Shown here: piece after piece, positions 9,628 through 17,596 of the stretch | Position numbering within the stretch: the first letter of the stretch is position 1 | Layout of the letters: each line of letters opens with the position of its first letter | IMG/VR virus record: IMGVR_UViG_3300043444_000502 | Location: 128,001-167,599 of that record | Reading direction: 5' to 3' (one strand) | DNA length: 39,599 nucleotides | Origin: a virus | Taxonomy: Duplodnaviria; Heunggongvirae; Uroviricota; Caudoviricetes | Position numbers and translations under genes: made by a program | Notes under the pieces: model-generated | What the model was told of the DNA's origin: nothing | Databases searched by the model: none | What the model saw: only the letters and a program-made list of their open reading frames with translations

Positions 9628-9773
9628 TGTTAAGTTTTAAAGAATACTTATCGGAAGAACACGGCGCAGGTGAATGGGGAACTCCAGAACTTGTTAAGAA
9701 TTATAAGCATGATACACCAGGCGAAAGTTGTGGTTGTTCAGAATGTAAAAAGAAGAAAGATAAAGTAGAATGA
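9627..9773 (+). CDS. 48-aa putative internal head peptide, not in the ORF track
   Basis: MLSFKEYLSE capsid-targeting-like start; GAGEWGTPELVKNYKHDTPGE; coupled to both neighbours. Confidence 0.75.
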   Translation: MLSFKEYLSEEHGAGEWGTPELVKNYKHDTPGESCGCSECKKKKDKVE

Positions 9774-10924
9774 AAAAGTTTGTAGAATTTTTATCTGAAG
9801 CAACATCTGTTGATGATGAGATGTTAGGTCATCTTACACATACAAAAGATTTGCCACATGAAGCTCCACAACACGGTCATGCTGCAATAGACTTAATTCA
9901 TCAATTTCACAAACAACGCATGGGTCAAAGTAGTACAGTAGGTGCATCTTTAAAAACCGATGGCGGTTCATCAGTACACGTTATTCATGATGCTAAAGGT
10001 ATTGGTGTTTCTGATAAACATCGTATAGCGCGCGGAGTTGTTGCACGAACACCAGAAGAAATCGATCAACACTTTGGACATCAACCTCAATATGCTGCAT
10101 CTTTAAAACATTTATTAGCTCATGGCCACGAATTTGTTGGTAAAGGACATCATATACAAGGAGACTTGATGCATACTCCTGGTGATTCTACTACAAAACA
10201 AACTAAAGGCACTACATCTACAACGCCTAATAGAATTACATATAAATCAAATACAACAGCACCAGTTGGTTTCGCTGTACACACAGAAGTAACAAACGGT
10301 ATTGCTCATGCACCAACAGCAGGTGCATTAAAGAAAAGTAAGAATGTATTCGTTCCAGAACCAAAATATAAAGCTGATCCATCTACATATACAGCAGAAG
10401 ATAGAGCACATGTTGAACATCATCTTAATGCTGCACGTACTTTAATGGATAAACATACAACAGATCATCTAACTGCTGAACATATTGATCCTAAAAAAGG
10501 CGGTCACTTTACTACATACTTAAATAGAACCACACGTCGTGGTGAAGAAGCTTCAATTGATGGTTATAAAGCACATCTCCAAAGCGAAGGAGAAAAAGCT
10601 GCAAGTAAATTAAAGACAGAAGCAGGCAAGCAAAAGGCTACTGCTAAGTTTGCTGCATTATCTGCACACGTTGACCAACATAGAGAACACTTCCAACGTT
10701 CATTAGATATTCGTCATCATTTAGGTCAAGCAACAGAACACGTATTACACGGCGTAGAACATCCTGATATGGAAACAAGTATCGACGGCAAGAAATCGCA
10801 AGGCGAAGGTATTGTACTTCAAAAGAAAGATAAAGCGGGTAAGATGAGACCAGTTTCGAAACTGGTTCCTGTTAAAGTTTCTAATGCGATCTTAAACAAT
10901 CCTAGATTTGCAAAGGACAAATAA
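9770..10924 (+). CDS. ligase-like covalent nucleotidyltransferase-fold protein (DUF6267-like by recall), putative internal head protein
   Basis: MKKFVEFLSE start; KTDG, QGDLM, EGIVL and KLV motifs in ligase order. Confidence 0.6.
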   Translation: MKKFVEFLSEATSVDDEMLGHLTHTKDLPHEAPQHGHAAIDLIHQFHKQRMGQSSTVGASLKTDGGSSVHVIHDAKGIGVSDKHRIARGVVARTPEEIDQHFGHQPQYAASLKHLLAHGHEFVGKGHHIQGDLMHTPGDSTTKQTKGTTSTTPNRITYKSNTTAPVGFAVHTEVTNGIAHAPTAGALKKSKNVFVPEPKYKADPSTYTAEDRAHVEHHLNAARTLMDKHTTDHLTAEHIDPKKGGHFTTYLNRTTRRGEEASIDGYKAHLQSEGEKAASKLKTEAGKQKATAKFAALSAHVDQHREHFQRSLDIRHHLGQATEHVLHGVEHPDMETSIDGKKSQGEGIVLQKKDKAGKMRPVSKLVPVKVSNAILNNPRFAKDK

Positions 10925-11544
10925 TGCAATCATTCATAGATTTTTTATTAGAAGCTGCAGAAGCTAAGCATGCAGTATTGGCATACGGTCGTATGAATCC
11001 ACCGACAACTGGACATTTAAAAGTAATTGATAAAGTACAAGAAGTTGCTAAGTCAGTAGGTGGAGATCATCACATGGTTGTATCTCATTCTAATGATCCT
11101 AAAAAGAACCCATTAAGTAGTGATCAAAAGGTTAAACATCTTCGTCGCTATGCACCTAATGCAAATATTAAAGCTGCATCTAAAGAGAATCCAACAATCT
11201 TTAGTCACGCAGCAGAACTTCATAAATCTGGTGTAACACATCTTCATATTGTTGCGGGTTCAGATAGAGTTGCAGAATATAAAGAACGATTCAAAGCTTT
11301 AAATGGTAAACCAGATAAAAATGGAAATGTGCCATTTAATTTTAAAAAGATTACTGTACATTCTTCAGGTGAAAGAGATCCTGATGCTGAAGGAGATGCA
11401 GGTATGTCAGGTACAAAGATGAGAGAACATGCTAAAAATAAAAACTTTGCAGAGTTCAGAAAGGGTGTACCAGCTCATGTGTCAGATGAACATGCACATG
11501 AATTAATGAATGACGTTCGTAAAGGTATGGGACACACTGATTAA
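10924..11544 (+). CDS. HIGH-family nucleotidyltransferase (phage 'cytidyltransferase'), putative internal head protein
   Basis: GRMNPPTTGH, KNPL, VAGSDR, MSGTKMR; MQSFIDFLLE start. Confidence 0.85.
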   Translation: MQSFIDFLLEAAEAKHAVLAYGRMNPPTTGHLKVIDKVQEVAKSVGGDHHMVVSHSNDPKKNPLSSDQKVKHLRRYAPNANIKAASKENPTIFSHAAELHKSGVTHLHIVAGSDRVAEYKERFKALNGKPDKNGNVPFNFKKITVHSSGERDPDAEGDAGMSGTKMREHAKNKNFAEFRKGVPAHVSDEHAHELMNDVRKGMGHTD

Positions 11545-11556
11545 CTGGACTCTCTC

Positions 11557-11802
11557 ATGAATAAGAGAAAAAAACCGCAACGCAGCGGCATTTTTAGTAT
11601 AGAAGAAGATGAATATATTGATTTAGTACTTCCTCCTAAAAGGGGTGTTGGAAGAAAATATTATCCGATGTCTGTACAATCTATTAGCATGAGAGAAGTA
11701 GAGTATATAGAAATAAATATGGAACTTGCAACTCGTTCCAGTGATGGCGTAACTATATTAATTGGTGATGATAGAGAAAGTTTTGAAGCTGAAGAAGAAT
11801 AA
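11557..11802 (+). CDS. hypothetical protein
   Basis: 81-aa ORF filling the gap, with a GGA SD. Confidence 0.5.
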   Translation: MNKRKKPQRSGIFSIEEDEYIDLVLPPKRGVGRKYYPMSVQSISMREVEYIEINMELATRSSDGVTILIGDDRESFEAEEE

Positions 11803-11807
11803 AAGTA

Positions 11808-11815
11808 TATAAATA
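11808..11815 (+). promoter_or_regulatory. T4-type late promoter
   Basis: Exact TATAAATA, intergenic. Confidence 0.8.
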
Positions 11816-11902
11816 AGAATACAACCAGAATAAATTGAGCTGTTGCTGGACAGCATTATTACATATCATCAGCGTCATCAGACACCGGTTAATGGGAAAA
11901 AT

Positions 11903-12340
11903 ATGCTAGGTTTTAAAGAATATTCTATAGAGTTTGATACTGTCTCTGAAACAATTATACTTTCAGAGGAAGAGTTGTCATTAATTAATGAAGTGTTGGA
12001 TACAGCAGCTCGCATTCAAAGAAAACAAGCCTTTGTTCGTAGAAAATCAAAACTTCAACTAGCTAAAAAAATCCAAGCCCGTAGATTTGCTTCTACTGAT
12101 CGCTTAAAGACACGTGCAAAACTTCGTGCACGTAATATCTTAATTAGACGCCTTTATCAAGGACGCTCTAAAGCGGATATCCCTCTCCCACAAAGAAAAG
12201 CCGTTGACCAAAAAATGGTCAAGTTACGTGGTGCTGTGAATAGAATTTCTAACAAATTGTTAAAGCGCGTTCGCCAAGAAGATATAGCTAGGAAGACACA
12301 CAGAAAACTTCCGAAGTTTAATCAAATGGGCACTATGTAA
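11903..12340 (+). CDS. very basic putative prohead-core/internal protein
   Basis: MLGFKEYSIE start, acidic propeptide up to INE, then an R/K-rich body. Confidence 0.7.
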   Translation: MLGFKEYSIEFDTVSETIILSEEELSLINEVLDTAARIQRKQAFVRRKSKLQLAKKIQARRFASTDRLKTRAKLRARNILIRRLYQGRSKADIPLPQRKAVDQKMVKLRGAVNRISNKLLKRVRQEDIARKTHRKLPKFNQMGTM

Positions 12341-12342
12341 TT

Positions 12343-13233
12343 ATGAAAAATTTTAAAGAATATCTTAAAGAAACTAGTGGTACTATTAGTATCACCTTTG
12401 GTAATTTTAATCCACCAACAATTGAACATGAAAAGCTATTAAAGCGATTACAAGAAACTGCAAGCGGCGGAGCTTTAAGAGTTTATACATCACAGGAATG
12501 TAATGAGCATTTCCCTCTAGACTATGATAATAAAATCAAGTTTATGCGCAAAGCTTTTCCAAGATATGCGCGCAATATTATTAGTGATGCAAAAATTACA
12601 GATTTATATTCAGCGTTAACATCTTTATATGAACAAGGTTATAAACATGTTAATATTGTAATGCCAAACATAACTGACATTCTTAAAGAGTGTGTTATAA
12701 AAGAGAATGGTATATTAAACGAAAATAAAAAATTATATAACTTTAAAAATATTAATTTTATTTCTGTTGATATTCATGAAAATACATTAGAAGAAAAAAT
12801 GATTGAAGCTGCTAAGAATAATAGTTTTGATGTTTTTTCTAAAAATTTACCACAAGCTTCTTTAAAAGAAAGCCACAAATTATTTAATGCGATTCGCACA
12901 GCTTATGGTTTAAAAGAATCATTTAATTTCAGACAGCATATTCAATTGCCAACTCTTTCGAAAGAAAGAGAAGCATATATCAACGGTGATTTATTTAAAA
13001 TTGGCGATGTCATTGAAATTAAAGAAACAAAAGAAATCGGTCAAGTAAAACGTTTAGGTTCTAATTATGTTATTATTGAAACATATGAAGGACATAAACA
13101 ACGTAAATGGCTTAAAGATGTTATTAAGGTTGAAGAAGCAGTCGTTAATAAATTATTAGGCGAAAAAACTTGTCAACCTAAAAAGAAAATTAAAGCCTTT
13201 AAAGAAGGTATGTCAACATTCGATGGGAAATAA
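12343..13233 (+). CDS. degenerate HIGH nucleotidyltransferase plus C-terminal beta-barrel domain, putative internal protein
   Basis: GNFNPPTIEH but no GSDR or SxxKMR; REAYINGDLFKIGD...KWLKDV tail; MKNFKEYLKE start. Confidence 0.7.
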   Translation: MKNFKEYLKETSGTISITFGNFNPPTIEHEKLLKRLQETASGGALRVYTSQECNEHFPLDYDNKIKFMRKAFPRYARNIISDAKITDLYSALTSLYEQGYKHVNIVMPNITDILKECVIKENGILNENKKLYNFKNINFISVDIHENTLEEKMIEAAKNNSFDVFSKNLPQASLKESHKLFNAIRTAYGLKESFNFRQHIQLPTLSKEREAYINGDLFKIGDVIEIKETKEIGQVKRLGSNYVIIETYEGHKQRKWLKDVIKVEEAVVNKLLGEKTCQPKKKIKAFKEGMSTFDGK

Positions 13234-13234
13234 G

Positions 13235-14317
13235 ATGGCGAAAACGTTAAAACAATTCTTAGAAGCTAAGTATATAACAACAGCTGATTATAGAATTTCT
13301 GCTTCAGGTAGAAAAGTTCACGGTCGTAAAAAGATTGCTGATACAAAATATAATGACGAAGATGGTGACGGAGATATTGATAAAGATGATATTAAAATTG
13401 CTGCTCGTCGCGATGTGAAAGAAGAGACTATTGAAGAAGCTGTATCTGTTAAAAAGCAAGATTATTCTTGGGGTAAAATGGTAACAGTTCATCATGGTTC
13501 TGACACATCATATCCTTTACATCCAGAACATCAAGAAGCAATTAAAAAATTAAAAGATGGTGAGCATACATCTTTTACTGATGAAACTAATCGTAAAGTA
13601 ACTGCTCATCGCGAAGGTGATAGCGTACATCTTTCTAGTAAAGGTACAAGTAAAAAAACTACTATTGCACATAGCCATTTCAATGAATCAGTTAATAAGT
13701 CTGATATTCCAGCATATCTTCGCAAGAAAACTGGAGATCAATTAACAACTAAAGATTTAGAAAAAGAACGTACAAAGAATCGTTCACATCCAGAAACTCT
13801 TAAGAAAATTAATGGCACAGAAGTTAAAGAAGAAACTGAGCAATTATCAGAAGTTTCTGGCAATATGTTAAAGACTAAAGAAGATGCTCGTCTTTTACAA
13901 CTTGCTCGTTTAGGTTTATTAGATAAAGACAGCATGGCTTTATTCAGAGTTTCAATGCAAAATTTAAAAGCTGATAAACAATTGTCGATTAATCAACGTG
14001 AACTTTTATTATCAGTCTACACAGATTTGGTAAATATTGTTACAGGTGATGATAGCGTATTTCAAAAAGTAAAGATTGACGTTCAACGTGAATCTGTAGA
14101 AGATACACATGAAATTGCTATTAATCACGCTGATAAACCAAAAAATGTTGATGCAACAAAAGCATTATTAAAACAACATAATGCTGTTCACTCTGATACG
14201 AGTGATAAATCAACATACTTTAAAGTGCATTCATCACAAGTTAATTCTTTGAAGAAACATTTAAAAGCTCAAGGTTTAAATGTTGATCATTATGTTAATG
14301 GCGAATATCGTGGATAA
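13235..14317 (+). CDS. modular putative internal head polyprotein
   Basis: MAKTLKQFLE start; VKEETIEE, FNES, VKEETEQLSE, QRES linkers. Confidence 0.7.
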   Translation: MAKTLKQFLEAKYITTADYRISASGRKVHGRKKIADTKYNDEDGDGDIDKDDIKIAARRDVKEETIEEAVSVKKQDYSWGKMVTVHHGSDTSYPLHPEHQEAIKKLKDGEHTSFTDETNRKVTAHREGDSVHLSSKGTSKKTTIAHSHFNESVNKSDIPAYLRKKTGDQLTTKDLEKERTKNRSHPETLKKINGTEVKEETEQLSEVSGNMLKTKEDARLLQLARLGLLDKDSMALFRVSMQNLKADKQLSINQRELLLSVYTDLVNIVTGDDSVFQKVKIDVQRESVEDTHEIAINHADKPKNVDATKALLKQHNAVHSDTSDKSTYFKVHSSQVNSLKKHLKAQGLNVDHYVNGEYRG

Positions 14318-14336
14318 TTCTTCGGAAGAAATTTGT

Positions 14337-14738
14337 ATGTCTGTTATCGAAAATGTAAATCTAGAGAGAATTGCGAAATTGGAAACGCAAGTAGAAACCA
14401 TTAAAGAAGATGTACGAGAAGTGAAGGATGATATTAAAGAACTTCATTCGCGTATTACCACAGGCAATCGAGAAATTATAGAAAAAATCGATGCTATGGA
14501 AACACGTTTAGATGAAAAGAGTACAGCAGCAGCTAAAAATGCTAAAGATCAGCATGACTCTATAAAAAAAGATGTGTTAGAAGAAATGAAAACAATGACA
14601 AAAACATTAGATAATGATATTAATAAAGTATCATCAAGAGTTGATATTTTGGAAAGATGGCGTTGGATGATTGTTGGTGGCGCTATTGTATTAGGTTACG
14701 TTTTAGGTAACACCAACATTCTCAATTATTTTAAATAA
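14337..14738 (+). CDS. coiled-coil protein with C-terminal TM helix (XhlA/holin-like architecture)
   Basis: Heptad-rich body; LERWRWMIVGGAIVLGYVL. Confidence 0.65.
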   Translation: MSVIENVNLERIAKLETQVETIKEDVREVKDDIKELHSRITTGNREIIEKIDAMETRLDEKSTAAAKNAKDQHDSIKKDVLEEMKTMTKTLDNDINKVSSRVDILERWRWMIVGGAIVLGYVLGNTNILNYFK

Positions 14739-14748
14739 GGAAACTAAT

Positions 14749-16578
14749 ATGGTTTGGGGTATTTTTAAGAAAGATACAATTTCTGATGCGTATCTAAAAA
14801 TGAAAGCTAAAAAAGCTGACACAGTAAATGAAGAAACAGAACAACTTGATGAGCTTAGTATTGGCGCTTTGAAGTCTTATATTAAAGGTGCTAAGGCTAG
14901 TAAGAAATTTGAAACTGATGTGCACAGCACAGCAGCCCGCAAAAATGATTGGGTGATGGCGTCTGACGCTCATCAAACATTGAACAAGCGCAAAGAAGGC
15001 ATTAAAGCTGCAAAGGCTAAGTTAAATAAAGAAGAAACTGAAACTGAGGCTGAACTATCTGAAAAGATTATTGTTGACAAAGATGGTAATAAGATTGGTG
15101 GCGGTACAGTCTTTGATAAATTAAAGAATAAACCAATTAGTTTCAAACCAAAGGCAGATGACAAAGAAGAAAAGTCTGAAGTTAAAGAAGCTGCTGAAGA
15201 TTTAGTTGAATATGAATCTAAAGACGGTGTATATAGACATCAGGCAAAAGCTGGTCGTTATGGCGGTTCAGAAAAAGAAAATGATTATGTAAAAGGTCCT
15301 TCTAATAAAGATCTAGAAAAGATTGAAAAAGAAAAAAAGAAAGAAAAAGTTGAAGAAGCTAAAGCAGTTAATACGCAATCTGCTCGTGATGAATTGAGCA
15401 AACGCCCACGCAAAGAACTTACTGGTAAAGATGCTGAAGATAAGAAGAAAGAATCTGATGATGCTTGGGAACGTTTAATGGCTCACGCAGCAGCACAAGG
15501 CAAACCAGTTAAAGAAGAAGCTGCATACAAACCAACTGGTTCTAAATCAGATTCTCCAGGTTTCCAAGCTTATTTAGCTGCACGTCGTAAAGCTAAAGAA
15601 CAAAAAGTTGTTAAAGAAGAATTAGAAGAACTTGAAGACGGTACATTGTATGATGGTTCAGATATGTTAGGTGAAGCACAAGCTCGTTATAGTTCTTCAT
15701 ATCAATTCACTCACAAACCAGGTGATGCAGAATCAGAGAAGAAATTATCTGATCTAAAGGCACAACATAAAGGTACTGGTAAGCGTGTTGTTCTACAGGG
15801 TCGTTTAGGTAAAGATAATCCAAACGCACACAAGTATTCTAAAGCAAACTGGGGAAAACCAGGTAGCGCATCATCAGGTGCACATACACATCAACGTATT
15901 AAGAAAGCAGATGCTGCACACCATGACGTTTATGTTTATGACAAAGCTGATACACAATATGAATATGATTCTATTATTAGCGAAGTGCTATCTAAAGATG
16001 CAAGCGCTGGTCAATGGATTTCTGATTTTATTAAATCAGATAATCCTAAATTCGCTGGTGATTCAAATGAAAAGCGCAAAGAGCGTGCTTTAGCTGCTTA
16101 CTATGCAGCGCAGAAGAATGAGTCTCGTGACTTTGATTTTTATGCAGAATATAGTGAATATATACAAGAGGTAGCACAACCAGAGATTGTTAAAGGCGGT
16201 GCTAAAGAAATTAAACATGCTAACATGAAGGATAAACAACAACATGCAGAAATTATGGAACCTCATTCAAAAGGTGAAGCAGATTTTCTCGATCAACACT
16301 CAGTCAAAGTTACAGACGACCCAACCCAAGGAAAACTTGACGCAGGAAAAACTCCAAGCGCCACAAAGCCAACAGGTAAAGGTGCAGGTAAGTACGACGG
16401 AGACTCAAAGCTTTCCAGTAAAGACAAAGCAGACGTCAAAGAAGAAATCATCAAAGGCGGTAAAACAGCCACAGGTGGAGACTGCGAAGAAATCGACACA
16501 ACCCCGCAAGACCCAACAGACCAAAAAGCCAACGCAAAGAAAAAATTCAAAAGCTTCAGCTTAAGTCTTGGTAAGTAA
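14749..16578 (+). CDS. modular putative internal head polyprotein (609 aa)
   Basis: AAGGA SD; more than ten (L/I/V)xE acidic linkers separating short modules. Confidence 0.75.
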   Translation: MVWGIFKKDTISDAYLKMKAKKADTVNEETEQLDELSIGALKSYIKGAKASKKFETDVHSTAARKNDWVMASDAHQTLNKRKEGIKAAKAKLNKEETETEAELSEKIIVDKDGNKIGGGTVFDKLKNKPISFKPKADDKEEKSEVKEAAEDLVEYESKDGVYRHQAKAGRYGGSEKENDYVKGPSNKDLEKIEKEKKKEKVEEAKAVNTQSARDELSKRPRKELTGKDAEDKKKESDDAWERLMAHAAAQGKPVKEEAAYKPTGSKSDSPGFQAYLAARRKAKEQKVVKEELEELEDGTLYDGSDMLGEAQARYSSSYQFTHKPGDAESEKKLSDLKAQHKGTGKRVVLQGRLGKDNPNAHKYSKANWGKPGSASSGAHTHQRIKKADAAHHDVYVYDKADTQYEYDSIISEVLSKDASAGQWISDFIKSDNPKFAGDSNEKRKERALAAYYAAQKNESRDFDFYAEYSEYIQEVAQPEIVKGGAKEIKHANMKDKQQHAEIMEPHSKGEADFLDQHSVKVTDDPTQGKLDAGKTPSATKPTGKGAGKYDGDSKLSSKDKADVKEEIIKGGKTATGGDCEEIDTTPQDPTDQKANAKKKFKSFSLSLGK

Positions 16579-16580
16579 TA

Positions 16581-16609
16581 GGTAGGGAGGAAACTCCCTA
16601 CTTTCTTTT
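16581..16609 (+). terminator. intrinsic terminator
   Basis: GTAGGGAG-GAAA-CTCCCTAC-TTTCTTTT. Confidence 0.85.
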
Positions 16610-16623
16610 GATGATGGAATATC

Positions 16624-16992
16624 ATGCACACAATTGAAAAATTGTCTTCTAAAAATTTTACACTATTTGCTGCAAAAAATTATAATAATTTACAGTGTAT
16701 GACAACTGAAGAATTTGAAGAAGATCTTCAGAAATTTAAATATGTAAAACGATTATTCAATCGTTATGAAACTTCAGGCGAATTAAATGAACGTCTGATT
16801 TTAAATCATTTGATTGTGATTTACAATGTGTTCGGCATTAAAGCCGCAAATCATATGATGTTCTATAAAATTGAAGAAAAGAACTGGCCTTTATTAAAGA
16901 CATTTTTAGTCTATTTGAATTATTTGCCAGAAGATCAATATGTTGAAATACCTTTAGATCAAAAAGTTGTAGAGGTATTGAGGAAAATTTAA
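16624..16992 (+). CDS. conserved T4-like hypothetical protein
   Basis: EFEEDL..FKYVKRLF..ERLILNHLIVIYNVFG, recalled as common in T4-like phages. Confidence 0.8.
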   Translation: MHTIEKLSSKNFTLFAAKNYNNLQCMTTEEFEEDLQKFKYVKRLFNRYETSGELNERLILNHLIVIYNVFGIKAANHMMFYKIEEKNWPLLKTFLVYLNYLPEDQYVEIPLDQKVVEVLRKI

Positions 16993-16993
16993 A

Positions 16994-17587
16994 ATGGGAA
17001 TGGTTCAACGAGCAGTAGACATTTACTACACGTTTAGATTTCTCAGACAATTAGTTACTCCTTGGAAAGATACCCAAGCATTCAAACTAGGTTTAGTTGA
17101 TGAGAATGGTAAGAAACTAAAAAGTCCTAGTACATCAGAAGAAAAAGATGCATATACATTGTTTTTCAGATTGGTGTATAATCTAAAACGTTTATTAAAT
17201 AAAGTACCGTTAGGTAAAACAAAACTAGCTTCATATGTTGCTGCATTATGGCTCATAAAAGAAAATACTAATATGAGTACTAATGCAATTTATGAAGGCT
17301 TTAAAAAATATATTAGTCAACAAGGTGTAGAGTTAGATTTAACAATCAATGAATCAAAATCTTGGATGACTAAAGGCAATAATCTTTTGCCTGGAAAATA
17401 CAAATTATCAGAACATTGTACTTCACCAATCACTGGTGAATTTGTTGCATTTAAAGGTTCAGTTGTTTTAGTTAATGAAATGAACAGCGTACCATGTGGT
17501 AATATTGGCGGAGTGAATGTATATTCTGTATATCATCTGTCAAGTAAGCAACATATATACATATCTTTAGAAGACATTTATCGTTAA
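16994..17587 (+). CDS. conserved T4-like hypothetical protein
   Basis: DIYYTFRFLRQLVTPW..AFKLGLVDENGK; AGGA SD. Confidence 0.8.
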   Translation: MGMVQRAVDIYYTFRFLRQLVTPWKDTQAFKLGLVDENGKKLKSPSTSEEKDAYTLFFRLVYNLKRLLNKVPLGKTKLASYVAALWLIKENTNMSTNAIYEGFKKYISQQGVELDLTINESKSWMTKGNNLLPGKYKLSEHCTSPITGEFVAFKGSVVLVNEMNSVPCGNIGGVNVYSVYHLSSKQHIYISLEDIYR

Positions 17588-17596
17588 GAGAAAAAA

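Noticed and set aside
11816-11902. Possible riboswitch in the late 5' leader (GCTGT/ACAGC and AACC/GGTT stems)
   Set aside because: The stems are short and I could match no known aptamer consensus; it needs a covariance search.
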